From positions 28,244 through 92,243 of the forward strand of contig JAXMOL010000028.1 of NCBI GenBank assembly GCA_034669905.1: DNA of 64,000 nt. The letters run 5' to 3'. The translations under genes were made by a program, and so were the position numbers. Shown in pieces: positions 49,859 to 60,380 of the stretch. Each line of letters opens with the position of its first letter. Positions within the stretch are counted from its first letter, which is position 1. The notes below the pieces were generated by a model. That model was not told where the DNA came from, ran no database searches, and saw only the letters and a list, made by a program, of their open reading frames with translations. The stretch is from Candidatus Hydrogenedentota bacterium (GTDB taxonomy: Bacteria; Hydrogenedentota; Hydrogenedentia; Hydrogenedentales; JAEUWI01).

Positions 49859-51222
49859 CCCATCAATTCCTTCTGGGTTTCGCCGATGGCTTCGTCGATC
49901 ATGTCGAGGCCCTTGAGCAAGGTCTCTTCATTCATCACGATGGGCGGGCTCATCCGCAGGATATGGCCGGCGGGAATCCAGGCCAGGCCCTTGGCGAAGG
50001 CTTTCTTATAAACCAGCTCGCCGGCCTCATTGAAGGGCGTCTTCGCCGCACGGTCTTTCACCAGCTCAATGCCCATGAGACAACCCTTGGCACGCACGTC
50101 ACCAATGATCGAATGCTCCGCCTTCATTTTTTCCATACGCGCCTGGGCAATGTTCCCCAGGTGCTCGGCGTGTTCGTTGAGCTGCTCTTCTTCGATGACT
50201 TCCGTCGAGGCGAGGGCCGCGGCGCAGGCCATGGGATTGCCGCCGTAGCTGCTGGAGGCGGAAATGGATTCAAAGGCTTCCTTGTAAGGCTCGCGCACGG
50301 CCACACAGGTCACGGGGAAACCGTTACCAAAGCCCTTACCAATGGTGACGATATCGGGCACCGTGTCGTAGTGCTCCATGCAGAGGAACTTCCCGGTCCG
50401 ACCCCAGCTCGTGAGCACTTCGTCGGCCATCAGCAGAATGCCGAGTTCATCACAAAGCTTCCGAACTTTGGGGAAGAAATCGTCGGGGGGCATAATCGTG
50501 CCACCCCAGCCCTGAATCGGTTCGAGCACAAATCCGGACACATCGTGGACCGTGCCTTTGTCGATGTATTCGCGGTAGAAACTGATATAGGCATCCGTGT
50601 CGATGCTGCCGTCTGCTTTGGTCCACATGGGACGATACATATCGGGGCGGGGCAGCATGTGGGCGCCCGGCGCACGAACCGCACCATAGACCGACGAACG
50701 AATGTGTCCGTGGGAAACCGCGCCATAGGTCTTACCATGGTAATCGTAGAAACAGGACAGGGTTTCGTTCTTCCCGGTCGCCGCACGGAGCACGCGGATA
50801 CCCGCTTCAACCGCCGTGGTGCCGGAATCGTAAAACTGAAAGCCATTCAAATCACCGGGAAGGATCTCAGCGAGCTTCTCCACCAACTGGGTCTTAATCG
50901 GCGTGGTGAAGTCGTGGGCATTCATTAGATTCTTGGCGTGCCTGGCGATTTCCTCGCTGATCTTCGGGTGACAGTGACCGAGCGTGGTCACATAGATGCC
51001 GGAAGAAAAGTCGATGTATTCGTTGCCGTCCACGTCACGGAGCAGGCAGCCTTCGCCCGACTCAAAGGTCACGGGGAAAAGCTTCACCTGGCCGCTCAGG
51101 CCCTTGAAATATTTCGAGCAGCGCGTGTGGTAGTCATTGGATTTGGGGCCCGGCGCGGGCACCACCATATTGGGAAGATTCGCGGTATGGGCGTTGGCCC
51201 ATTCGATAGATGATGTCGTCAT
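49855..51222 (-). CDS. Class III aminotransferase (GabT/ArgD-like)
   Basis: DVDGNEYIDF, LGHCHP, YHGKT, EPIQG, ADEVLTSWGRTG and GKGFGNG motifs. Confidence 0.92.
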   Translation of the reverse strand: MTTSSIEWANAHTANLPNMVVPAPGPKSNDYHTRCSKYFKGLSGQVKLFPVTFESGEGCLLRDVDGNEYIDFSSGIYVTTLGHCHPKISEEIARHAKNLMNAHDFTTPIKTQLVEKLAEILPGDLNGFQFYDSGTTAVEAGIRVLRAATGKNETLSCFYDYHGKTYGAVSHGHIRSSVYGAVRAPGAHMLPRPDMYRPMWTKADGSIDTDAYISFYREYIDKGTVHDVSGFVLEPIQGWGGTIMPPDDFFPKVRKLCDELGILLMADEVLTSWGRTGKFLCMEHYDTVPDIVTIGKGFGNGFPVTCVAVREPYKEAFESISASSSYGGNPMACAAALASTEVIEEEQLNEHAEHLGNIAQARMEKMKAEHSIIGDVRAKGCLMGIELVKDRAAKTPFNEAGELVYKKAFAKGLAWIPAGHILRMSPPIVMNEETLLKGLDMIDEAIGETQKELMG

Positions 51223-51469
51223 GATTGTGACTCCTTGTATGTTTAGCGGCACGGAACGATGGGCCGCTGTGTTTCCTCTCGGTTTATTCGGTCTGCTAAT
51301 GAGGTGTCGTTTTCGCGGGCTTCGCGCACTATATCCACCAACGGAAGACCAACCGTCATTCCCACGAAGGTGGGAATCCAGTGCGTTTCATTCGGGTCTT
51401 CTGTTTCACTTCTAATTCCTCGTGAACGAAGGAGAACGGCAAAGAGCGGCCTATCGGACACTCCTTGTT

Positions 51470-52402
51470 CTAGTACCCCTTGTCCCAGCGGGGCTCAATC
51501 GTTTCGGCAATACTCTCGGTCATCCACACATCGGTCTTCAGCAACTGGTGAATCGACGTGGGCAATTTCGGCGTCACGGGGCCATGCAAACACAGGCGCG
51601 ACATGGTGCGCTGCCAGGAAGCACCCGATCCATCCACCGTGATGCCGTGCATGTCGATACGATTCTTCGCACCAATCACTTCCGCCGGCCCGATGGTCGC
51701 GGCCTTTGGCGGTACGGCCGTGAGGTCGCCACTGAATCCAAAGCTGCCGTGAAGCGAGTTCTGCGCGATGGTGAAAGGACTCAGCGTACAAATCCGCGGA
51801 CCCATTTCTTTCCACTCTTCCAGCGGCGCATCAAACTCGGGGCAGTCGGGCTCCACAAAGGCGAGGTGCCCCGTCCAACCCGGACCGCTGTAGCAATAGT
51901 CCGCACCGCCCATATCGGCGAGCATCTTGCCATAGTCGTTAATGTTGGCCGTCGTCGGCCCCTTCAACTGCTCCACCGGCGGGCGCAGTTCCGGGTCGAT
52001 GTTGGCGTAGAAATGCTTCATCATGGAATACATGAAGCCATACTTCCACGTGTCCGGCGGCGTGTTCCCATTCTCGTCGGCATACTCATCCATGTTAAAG
52101 GTATGGAGGTGGCTGCAGTCGAGGCGGTTGATATTAATCATGTCCGCCACCCACTTGTAACCCGGCCAGGGCTGGGGCGTAATCAACACGCAGGTGCGAT
52201 TTTCATCCTTCGCCTGCTTAATCTGGGCATAGATATGAAGCAGCCACTTGAGCTGCAACTCCGCATCGGGAATAACCTGAATCTTCAGGTCCGGATTACT
52301 GTGTTTCGTAATGTCTTCCCGCGTAATCGCCCGCACACGGGCCACCGCTTCTTTGTCGCGGAACGGCACGCACTCGGCCGCACTGAATTCGAACTCGGAC
52401 AT
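51470..52402 (-). CDS. Glucosamine-6-phosphate deaminase/isomerase-like protein (divergent NagB fold)
   Basis: TFNMDEY, GPGWTGHLAFVEP, PPKAATIG and GPVTPKLPTS motifs. It lacks the canonical GLATGSTP. Confidence 0.75.
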   Translation of the reverse strand: MSEFEFSAAECVPFRDKEAVARVRAITREDITKHSNPDLKIQVIPDAELQLKWLLHIYAQIKQAKDENRTCVLITPQPWPGYKWVADMININRLDCSHLHTFNMDEYADENGNTPPDTWKYGFMYSMMKHFYANIDPELRPPVEQLKGPTTANINDYGKMLADMGGADYCYSGPGWTGHLAFVEPDCPEFDAPLEEWKEMGPRICTLSPFTIAQNSLHGSFGFSGDLTAVPPKAATIGPAEVIGAKNRIDMHGITVDGSGASWQRTMSRLCLHGPVTPKLPTSIHQLLKTDVWMTESIAETIEPRWDKGY

Positions 52403-52442
52403 AACGTCCCTCTCTTGTTTAACCAACTCTATGAAAATTCTT

Positions 52443-52516
52443 TTCCGTGTACTTCCGTGCCTTCCGTGGTAGCCGAACGTTACTGCTACCACGGAAAACA
52501 CGGAATGACACGGAAG
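52443..52516. repeat. TTCCGTG/CACGGAA periodic inverted repeat
   Basis: ttccgtgtacttccgtgccttccgtggt pairs with accacggaaaacacggaatgacacggaa. Confidence 0.8.
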
Positions 52517-52552
52517 CAGAAACGACTTCGGTCTCCGCACCCGAACACAGGT

Positions 52553-53740
52553 TCAGTCTGCGCCGAAAACCTTTCGACCATTGACCCAAGTGGCAGCAGC
52601 TGTCAGGTCTTCACCATCGGCCCAGAGGACCACGTCGGCCGCCATACCCGCCACCAAGTGACCCCGGCCCGCAAAACGCAGGACCTTCGCCGGGCTCCGG
52701 GTGCCCATAGACCACACCTGCTCTTCGGGCAGATCGAGCCAGCGCAGCAAGTTCGCCATGCCCCGGTTCATGGTAAGGGCACTGCCGGCGAGGGCACCAA
52801 AATATACGTGTTCCGGGTCCGCAATACGCGGCGCATTGCCGGGCTTCACTTCCACGGGATATCCCCAGGGCGTTTCATAGGTGCCCGGTGCCATCCCGGC
52901 GCCAAACGACGCGTCGGTTATCAACGACACGCCCTCTACGCCTTTCGCCGCCAACGCCGCCTTCACCGCCATGGGGTCCACGTGAATCCCATCGCAAATA
53001 AAATCGCACGTCACCTGGGGATTGGCCAGAATCGTTTCCACCGCACCCACCGGGCGTACGCCCAAATCCTTTTCTTCCGGCACGGGAAACACATCGTAAA
53101 AATGCGTTGCATGACAGGCACCCGCATCAATCGCCGCCTGCGTCTCCGCCACACTCGCACGGGTATGGGTAATAAAGGGCCGTATACGCTCCGAGACCAG
53201 GTGCTCAATGACCGGGATAATGTTTTTCACTTCCGGCGCGATAGACATCACCGAAACGTGTCCATCGCAGGCGGCAATCAATTCTTGCAGCAGCCCTACG
53301 TCACCATCGCGCGTTTCACAGGCGGCACCCGTGATAGCGACAAAGGGACCTTCCAGGTGCAAGCCGGGAATATGGACATCCGTAATCGTTGGCAGCGCCG
53401 CCGCCAATTCAGGAAGCACGCGCCACATCGTATCGTCTAGTTGCGGCACCACCGTCGGCACCACCGTGGTGGTGCCATATTGCCCCAACAACGCCACCGC
53501 CGCGCGCAATTCTTCCGCGCCCCGGTCGTAGTTGTAGGGCCCCATGCCATGGGTGTGCACATCAATCAGTCCGGGAGTCAGCCGACGTCCCGCACCATCG
53601 ACTCGTTCGCCGGAAAGACCTTCGGGCACGGCCCCTTCGCCCAACTCGGCGATACGGCCATACGAAATACGGAGCCATCCGGTGCAGATTTTCTTACCGG
53701 GATGGACGAGGCGCACATTATGAAGTACATAGTCAGCCAT
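52553..53740 (-). CDS. nagA: N-acetylglucosamine-6-phosphate deacetylase family
   Basis: PGLIDVHTHG, GLHLEGPF, SIAPE, ATHFY, DGIHV, LITDA and LAGSALTM motifs. Confidence 0.85.
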   Translation of the reverse strand: MADYVLHNVRLVHPGKKICTGWLRISYGRIAELGEGAVPEGLSGERVDGAGRRLTPGLIDVHTHGMGPYNYDRGAEELRAAVALLGQYGTTTVVPTVVPQLDDTMWRVLPELAAALPTITDVHIPGLHLEGPFVAITGAACETRDGDVGLLQELIAACDGHVSVMSIAPEVKNIIPVIEHLVSERIRPFITHTRASVAETQAAIDAGACHATHFYDVFPVPEEKDLGVRPVGAVETILANPQVTCDFICDGIHVDPMAVKAALAAKGVEGVSLITDASFGAGMAPGTYETPWGYPVEVKPGNAPRIADPEHVYFGALAGSALTMNRGMANLLRWLDLPEEQVWSMGTRSPAKVLRFAGRGHLVAGMAADVVLWADGEDLTAAATWVNGRKVFGAD

Positions 53741-54476
53741 TGCGCTTCGCAATCAATCCACGGGCTTTCAGGTCGATCGTCGTTTCAAACCGAAATACGT
53801 CGTGGCGGTAGTGGGTCACGAAAAGACCCGCCGGAATTCCGCCGACCACCGTGACCACATTGGTCTCTTTCAACACGAAATCACCGGCCTTTATGTTCAA
53901 ATAGTCGCTGACCGGCTTGGTCGCCACGGTCGCCTCGATGGACTGGGTACAATAGTCCAGCTCGATACGCTGTTTGCGTGCCCACAGGGACAAAAAGTTC
54001 ATTTCACCAAAATGGGCCATGTCCAGCCGATCGGCATATTGCTCCACCACCCGCACCGTATCCGTCGCAATAGGCTCACCCCGCAGGCGATCCACCCGCA
54101 CCGCTTCCAGCACCGTCTCCCCCGCTTGCATCTGAAGCAACCGCGCCGTATCCTCATCCGCATCCGCCGTGCGCAAATACTCAAGGTTCCGCGTCAGATC
54201 GGGCGCGTGGGTCTGGATACTGCCAAAATAATCGGTGGTCAGCAGCGGAATCTTGCGCGCCGGGTTGGACTTGATAAAGGTGCCCACCCCCTGGTGGCGC
54301 TCCACCAACTGCTCTTCCTCCAGGATCTGGAGGGCACGGCGCACCGTAATGCGCGAGGTCTGAAAGCGTTCGCAGAGCTCCCGTTCCGTGGGAAGCTGGT
54401 GACTTCCCTCCCAGGAACCAGCGAGAATCTGGTCTCGGAGTGCGGCCGCGACGCGGTTGTAAGCGGTGGCTGACAT
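53733..54476 (-). CDS. GntR (HutC/UTRA) transcriptional regulator
   Basis: LPTERELCERFQTSRITVRRAL..GVGTF winged helix followed by a UTRA-like C-terminus. Confidence 0.92.
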   Translation of the reverse strand: MSATAYNRVAAALRDQILAGSWEGSHQLPTERELCERFQTSRITVRRALQILEEEQLVERHQGVGTFIKSNPARKIPLLTTDYFGSIQTHAPDLTRNLEYLRTADADEDTARLLQMQAGETVLEAVRVDRLRGEPIATDTVRVVEQYADRLDMAHFGEMNFLSLWARKQRIELDYCTQSIEATVATKPVSDYLNIKAGDFVLKETNVVTVVGGIPAGLFVTHYRHDVFRFETTIDLKARGLIAKRNG

Positions 54477-54540
54477 GGTAAGAAAGGCGGATCCTTTTCC
54501 CGCAGGAAATACCGTTGCAAAGTAGCGATACAAAAAGTAT

Positions 54541-54558
54541 AATTGGTTATAACAACTT
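54541..54558. promoter_or_regulatory. Putative HutC/GntR operator in the divergent promoter region
   Basis: AATTGGTTATAACAACTT with palindromic core GTTATAAC, overlapping a TATAAT. Confidence 0.6.
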
Positions 54559-54619
54559 ATGCAAGTTATTTTCGCGTTAGGACAGGCTACCGCCCACCCC
54601 GCGCGACGAAAGGATTCAT

Positions 54620-55954
54620 GTGTCTCACCCTTATCTGGCCGGGGCGGCCGCTGTCGATATTACGCCCGACCGCTCCCTCCATCTCTTTGGTTATCCCCAC
54701 GTCGCACGCATGAGCACGGGCACCCACGACCCCCTGCTGAGTTCGGCCCTCTATCTCCGTGAGGGCGACCAACACCAGCTCTATGTGGGCAATGACATCA
54801 TCTTCGTGCCCAAGCCCCTGGCGGCACGGGCGCGCAAACGGATTGCCGAAGCGACCGGGGTACCGGAGGCCGCCATCTGCCTTTCCGCCACCCACACCCA
54901 CTCCGGGCCCGACACCGTATTATACGCCAGCAACGTGACGGACAAGACCGTCCCCCCGTTGGACGAGGCCTACCTCCAGACCCTGGAAGATGGCATCGTC
55001 GCCGCGGCCACCCAGGCCGTGGAGAAGGCCGTACCGGCTGAAATCGTCTTTGCCGAGGCCGATGGCGCCTGTGTGGGGGGCAACCGCCGTGACCCCAGCG
55101 GCCCGTCCATCCCCGAAGTACCCGTTTGGCTTGTCCGCAACCTGGAAAGCCAGCGCGCCCTGGGCATCATGCTGATTTGCTCCATGCACCCCACCGTGCT
55201 CCACGAAGATTCCACGGTCTACAGCGGCGACTTCCCCGGATTCACCCGTAAACACCTGCAGGACAACCTCTTAGGGGGCGGATGCCCCGTGGTTTACCAC
55301 ACGGGCGCCTGTGGCAACCAAAGCCCCCGCCACGTGGTCACCGGTAACACCCTCCAGGAAGCGGAGCGCCTTGGGGTCGCCCTGGCCGAATCGGTCATGG
55401 AGGCTGTAAAAGGCGGCACCGCCCTGGGCGCCCTGAAGCTCGGGCACAGCAGCACCAGCGACGACCTCCCCCTCCGTCAGTTTCCAAACGAAGCCGCCGC
55501 CTCCCTGGCCCTCGATGCGGCCACGGCCCGCTTTGAAAAACTCCAGGCCAGCGACCCGAAAAGCCCCGAGACACGGACCGCCGAGTGCGATGTGTTCGGT
55601 GCCCAGGAGACCCTGACCCTCTCCGGCATGGCCCGAAAAGGACGGCTCAAAGAGTTTGTGGCGGCCTGCATGCCCGCCGAAGTGCAGTGCTTCCGCGTCG
55701 GCGATCAGCGTATCGTCGCCCTGCCCGGCGAAATCTTTGTCGAGTTTATCCACGACCTCCAGGCCGAATTCCCCCACATCCACGTGATTACCATGGCCAA
55801 CGGCGAACTGCAGGGCTATCTCGTTACCGAAGAAGCCCTGGAAGAAGGGGGCTACGAAGCCTCCAACGCCCTCTTCAAAAGTCCCGACGGCGCCGAACTC
55901 CTCATGGACATGGCCGCCGAAATCCTCTGCGACCCCGCCGTGGAAGCGAACTAG
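54620..55954 (+). CDS. Neutral/alkaline ceramidase-like amidase
   Basis: VDITP, HDPL, SATHTHSGP, HPTVL, SGDFPG, GACGNQSP and LPGEIFVE motifs. Confidence 0.8.
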   Translation: MSHPYLAGAAAVDITPDRSLHLFGYPHVARMSTGTHDPLLSSALYLREGDQHQLYVGNDIIFVPKPLAARARKRIAEATGVPEAAICLSATHTHSGPDTVLYASNVTDKTVPPLDEAYLQTLEDGIVAAATQAVEKAVPAEIVFAEADGACVGGNRRDPSGPSIPEVPVWLVRNLESQRALGIMLICSMHPTVLHEDSTVYSGDFPGFTRKHLQDNLLGGGCPVVYHTGACGNQSPRHVVTGNTLQEAERLGVALAESVMEAVKGGTALGALKLGHSSTSDDLPLRQFPNEAAASLALDAATARFEKLQASDPKSPETRTAECDVFGAQETLTLSGMARKGRLKEFVAACMPAEVQCFRVGDQRIVALPGEIFVEFIHDLQAEFPHIHVITMANGELQGYLVTEEALEEGGYEASNALFKSPDGAELLMDMAAEILCDPAVEAN

Positions 55955-56073
55955 GATGAATCGGAGCGCCCCAAGACACCACCAACCGTGCCGCGCGATC
56001 CGGTACTCCGGTTCGTGCGAAAGGACATCCAGAACACCATACGGCCAAACTCAAGGTGCCGCCAGTATACGTC

Positions 56074-56250
56074 GGGGTGCCACCCTTACGCGGGGGCGGT
56101 ACGTGCGCCGTGGTGGAAGCAAAGCGGGGGAGCTTACGGGTGCAGTCCCCCAAAGGAGACTTTCCCCTATTCAATCTAAACCGGGGCCTTCTCCCCTACC
56201 CATACCCGTAAAGCCACTCGTGCCTCCCGTCTGTAAGGGTAGCACCCCCT
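56074..56250. repeat. GGGTGCCACCC-family REP-like doublet
   Basis: The left arm matches 13782 and 22750. The right arm is the near reverse complement of 32929-32972. Confidence 0.7.
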
Positions 56251-56284
56251 ATGGTCTCTCTCGCGGGCCTGGCGGTATGTTGCT

Positions 56285-57670
56285 ATGACCCCGCCAACCG
56301 GCAACATCCTCGTCTTCGACCTGGGAACCTCCTATTTCAAGGGCACCCTCTTTGACCAGAGGGGACAACTTCTGGCCCTGGCCCGAACGCCCACACCCTT
56401 TACGCGATCCAGCGGCGACTACAGCGAAGTAGCCATACCCGCATTCGACGACGCGCTCCTGGCACTCACCCAAGACCTGCGCAACTCGGCACCCGAAGCT
56501 TACGCCGCCGTGACGGCGGTGACCTTCTCCACCCAGACCAACAGCTTCGTCTTGCTCGATGCGGACAACGCACCCCTGACCCCCATCGTCATCTGGAATG
56601 ACCGGCGGGCCAAAGGAATCACGGCGCCCCTCGAAGACTTGCAGGCCCTTCCCAATTTCTACGCCACCACCGGCATCCCCGGACTGGGCCCCGAGTTTAT
56701 GGTAGCCAAGCTCCAGTGGTACCAGATTGAAACCCCCGAGCTCTGGGAACGGGTCGCCCGCATCGCCCTCATCAGCGACTACCTCACCGAAGGCTTCACC
56801 GGTCGCTTCGTCACGGAAGCCGGTGCGGCGGGCCTGACCGGACTCGTTAAGATTCAATCCCTCGAATGGTGGCCCGAAGCCCTGGCCATAGCCCATATGG
56901 ACCGGGACAGCCTTCCCGACATCGTCCGGGCAGGCACCAAACTGGGCCCCATTACGGCCGACGCCGCCGCCCGCTTTGGACTTTCCCACGACGCACAATT
57001 CATTGTGGGCTGCCTCGACCAATATGCGGGCGCCATTGGCGCGGCCAACCTCCTGCCGGGCGGCATCTCAGAAACCACAGGCACCGTACTCGCCACCGTC
57101 CGCAGTGCGAGCGACTTCAGCCCGACCGCAGACAGCCCCGTCTTCTGGGGCCCCGGCACCACGAAAGACCACTATTACCAAATGGTCTTCGGCGATGTTT
57201 CCGCCAATCTCCTGGAAGCCTTCCGCAACGCCCTGCCCGAGCCCACAGACTTCGACACCCTCGGCGAACTGGCCGCAGCCGCCACCGGCGACCAACTTAC
57301 CCTGCCCCGCGAATGGGACACCCCGGAACTCCTGGACCACGTCCGCCACTGGGCAAAAACGGAAGACACCGGCGAGGCCGTCCGTGCTATCCTCGAAGGC
57401 GTGGCCCAGGCGCTCGACCAACAGATCAAACAACTCTGTGGCACGGAGCGCCCCCCGGCCATTCACAGCGTAGGTGGCGCCGCAAAAAGCACCCCCTGGA
57501 TGCAGATAAAAGCAAACACGGTGGGCGTGCCTTTCCGCGCCGTCGCCTGTGAAGAACCCACCAGCCTCGGTGCGGCCCTGCTGGCCGTGCACGGGTTGAC
57601 CGACGAAGCGCTGCACAAGATCGCAACCGACTGCGTCCAGCTGAAGACAACGATAACGCCCAATAGGTGA
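56285..57670 (+). CDS. FGGY family carbohydrate kinase
   Basis: FDLGTS, IVIWNDRR, KLQW, GCLDQYAGAIG, TTGT and VGGAAKS motifs. Confidence 0.9.
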   Translation: MTPPTGNILVFDLGTSYFKGTLFDQRGQLLALARTPTPFTRSSGDYSEVAIPAFDDALLALTQDLRNSAPEAYAAVTAVTFSTQTNSFVLLDADNAPLTPIVIWNDRRAKGITAPLEDLQALPNFYATTGIPGLGPEFMVAKLQWYQIETPELWERVARIALISDYLTEGFTGRFVTEAGAAGLTGLVKIQSLEWWPEALAIAHMDRDSLPDIVRAGTKLGPITADAAARFGLSHDAQFIVGCLDQYAGAIGAANLLPGGISETTGTVLATVRSASDFSPTADSPVFWGPGTTKDHYYQMVFGDVSANLLEAFRNALPEPTDFDTLGELAAAATGDQLTLPREWDTPELLDHVRHWAKTEDTGEAVRAILEGVAQALDQQIKQLCGTERPPAIHSVGGAAKSTPWMQIKANTVGVPFRAVACEEPTSLGAALLAVHGLTDEALHKIATDCVQLKTTITPNR

Positions 57671-57778
57671 CGCTTTAGATTTCGTAACAACGCGGACTAG
57701 CACCCGTCCGTATTTTTCTTTTTTACTAATTTTTAGCTGCGAACCCATACCTATCTATACGGAATAGCGTGTTAACAT

Positions 57779-57864
57779 CGTCATCCCCGCGAAGGCGGGG
57801 ATCCACCATTCCGGAGACGCGCGCGTTGAAAAGTTCTGGAGCCCCGCCTTCGCGGGGATGACGG
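57779..57864. repeat. Paired GTCATCCCCGCGAAGGCGGGGATCCA repeat
   Basis: Same family as 13887-13974. Confidence 0.85.
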
Positions 57865-57942
57865 AACCGTAGATTTCGGTTGCGGCCACCAGCTGCACTA
57901 CGATTATTTGTGGTTACGCACATTCAAACAGGAAACAGATCA

Positions 57943-58395
57943 ATGGCCAACGTACACAAAGATTTCCATGGTGCCTTCAGCTATGGCATTCAGTTCATCA
58001 TGCAAAACTACGGCATGGACGGTCTCAAGGCCTATCTGGAAAAACTCGCCGACACGGTCTACACCCCGCTGGTGAAGGGACTCCGCGACGAAGGACTCAC
58101 CTCCCTCCGCGCCCATTGGGACAAGATTTTCACGTTGGAAGGCGGGAAGTTTGAACAACGCGAAGAAGACGGCGTTCTCATCCTCGAAGTACACGAATGC
58201 CCCGCCATCACCCACATGAAAAAGCAGGGCTATACCATCGATCCCAATTTCTGCGAGCACACCCGCATCCTCAACGCCGCCATCTGCAGCCGCGCCGGCT
58301 ACGAAAGCAGCGTCGACTACGATCAGGAGGCCGGCCGCTGTACCCAGAAATTTTGGAAACAGGGGACTGCCTCGACATCGCAAACCAAAAATTGA
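57943..58395 (+). CDS. Hypothetical Cys/His-motif protein (V4R/ATC-hydrolase-like fold suspected)
   Basis: VHECPA..FCEH..GY..GRC motif and an AGGA RBS. Confidence 0.7.
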   Translation: MANVHKDFHGAFSYGIQFIMQNYGMDGLKAYLEKLADTVYTPLVKGLRDEGLTSLRAHWDKIFTLEGGKFEQREEDGVLILEVHECPAITHMKKQGYTIDPNFCEHTRILNAAICSRAGYESSVDYDQEAGRCTQKFWKQGTASTSQTKN

Positions 58396-58811
58396 AAAAC
58401 TGAACCCGCTGGCCCAAAACGCCACCACGGCTAAGTCACAATAAATCAGACAGTCGGTGCAGTCCCCGGGGACTGCCTCGACATCATAAACCACCATTGA
58501 ACACGACACGCCGCGTGGCCAACAACGGCACCACGCGGCAAGCACGACAAGTCAGACAGTCGAGGCTGTCCCCCTCTTAGTAGCATCGACACGCCCAAGA
58601 GGGGGACAGCCCCGACTAAGACGAAAGCTGCGCCGAGCAAAACAAATCGGTTCGACAGAATGTGATGTACCCAAAGACAACGTATTCTATGTCGGTGCAG
58701 TCCCCGGGGACTGCCTCGACATCATAAACCACAATTGAACACGACACGCCGCGTGGCCAACAACGGCACCACGCAGCAAGCACGACAAATAAGACAGTCG
58801 GGGCTGTCCCC
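58362..58811. repeat. Array of four 104-106-bp units bounded by GGGGACWGC..CGAC inverted repeats
   Basis: Units at 58362-58467, 58468-58573, 58602-58705 and 58706-58811. Confidence 0.88.
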
Positions 58812-58853
58812 CTCTTCATCACGTAGAGAGGCCGCCCCCGGAAAGGAAAAACC

Positions 58854-59294
58854 ATGGTTTCCTGTACCGAATTTATCTGGTGTTACAGCGAGATGTTCCG
58901 CTTTCTCGAAGAGAAAGACGGCGAAGAAAAAGTTATCGAATTCTGGAAAGGCATCTCCGACAACTTTCTCGGCAACCTGCGGGAGTACATCGAAAAAGAT
59001 GGCCTCGAAGGGATGCACAAATACTGGACCCACACCCTCACCGAAGAGGGGGGCCGCCACCACCTCTCCCTCTATGACGATATGTTTATCATTGACATGC
59101 AGGACTGCCCCTCGGCGCGCCTCGTCCACCAGTCGGGCCGCATCGAGCCCTATGATAAATACTGCGACCACTGTGGCCACCTCTACCCGCCCATCATCAA
59201 GGAATACGGCTACGAAGTGGACTACGACGTCATCAGCTGTGAAAAAGGTCGTTGCCGATTGACCGTCACCAAGCCCGAAGGCATGGAAAAATAG
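58854..59294 (+). CDS. Hypothetical Cys/His-motif protein, distant paralog of 57943-58395
   Basis: MQDCPS..YCDHC..GY..GRC motif and an AAGGA RBS. Confidence 0.75.
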   Translation: MVSCTEFIWCYSEMFRFLEEKDGEEKVIEFWKGISDNFLGNLREYIEKDGLEGMHKYWTHTLTEEGGRHHLSLYDDMFIIDMQDCPSARLVHQSGRIEPYDKYCDHCGHLYPPIIKEYGYEVDYDVISCEKGRCRLTVTKPEGMEK

Positions 59295-59363
59295 GCGACA
59301 CGTAGTTGTCCATTAAGTCCTTTCCATCCTTTAGGCCCTTCCAACGCCAAGACAGGAAACCCC

Positions 59364-60380
59364 ATGCGCACCATCACCCTGACCGACGATGATCGCTCGA
59401 TCTACCGCACCGAGATCGAACCGTGGCTCTCCGCGCGGCTCTTCGACGCCCACTCCCACATGTTCATCAACGACTGCCACCCCAATTTGGAGGAGTCCAT
59501 TTTCCTCGGTGATGACCCGCTCATGACCGATGTGGATCTCCCCTGGCTCCAGCAATGGTGGAACACCCTGATCCCCAATCGGGACATTCGCGGCATGGTC
59601 ATGGGCTACCCCCACGTCGACACCCAGGTGCCCGAAGAAAACCGCATCGTCGCGGCGCAGTGCGCGCCCGAGCGCTACCCCTTCGCCTGGCTCGTAAAAC
59701 CCCAGGATGACCTCGGTCAACTCGAAGCCGACATCCAGCAATACAAGCCCGCCGTGCTCAAGCCCTACATGTGCTGGGTAACCGGCAAGCCCATGAACGA
59801 TTCCAGCGTCACCGACCTCATTCCCGAAGGCCAACTCGCCCTCGCCGACAAATATGGCCTGGCCGTCATGCTCCACGTGGCCAAGCCCCAGGGCATGGGT
59901 GATGCCGACAACCTCGCGGACATCAATCGCCTCGCGGCGAAGTATCCCAAGTGCCAGTTCATCCTGGCCCACTGCGGACGCTGCTTTATCACCCCCAACG
60001 CCGAGCTGATGGTGGAGACCCTCAACCGGGCCGACAACATCTGGATGGACACCTCGGCCGTCTGCGACGCAGGCGTGTTCCTCACTGTCTTGAAGCACTA
60101 CGACCGCAAGAAAATCCTCTTCGGCACCGACCTCGTCTCCCCCGTGGCCTTCCGTGGCAACTACGTCCGCATGGGCAATAGCTGGCACGTGTGCACCGAC
60201 GAAATGGTCGCCCGTCAGGGGGGCACGGCCCGCCGGAGCACCTTCGCCCTCTATGAAGGCATGGCCGCACTCTGTTTCGCCTTACGCTTCCTCGAGGTCC
60301 CCGAAGAAGAACGCAACGACATTTTTTACCGCAATGGCGAAGGCCTCTTTCAACGATTTCTGGAGCCCAACACCCCATGA
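59364..60380 (+). CDS. Amidohydrolase family protein
   Basis: FDAHSH, LKPY, VMLH, ILAHCGR, MDTS and ILFGTD motifs. Confidence 0.88.
   Translation: MRTITLTDDDRSIYRTEIEPWLSARLFDAHSHMFINDCHPNLEESIFLGDDPLMTDVDLPWLQQWWNTLIPNRDIRGMVMGYPHVDTQVPEENRIVAAQCAPERYPFAWLVKPQDDLGQLEADIQQYKPAVLKPYMCWVTGKPMNDSSVTDLIPEGQLALADKYGLAVMLHVAKPQGMGDADNLADINRLAAKYPKCQFILAHCGRCFITPNAELMVETLNRADNIWMDTSAVCDAGVFLTVLKHYDRKKILFGTDLVSPVAFRGNYVRMGNSWHVCTDEMVARQGGTARRSTFALYEGMAALCFALRFLEVPEEERNDIFYRNGEGLFQRFLEPNTP

Noticed and set aside
58362..58811. CRISPR array (also considered for 63667-64000)
   Set aside because: Units are bounded by inverted rather than direct repeats, most interiors are homologous to one another, the period is about 105 bp, and no cas genes are present.
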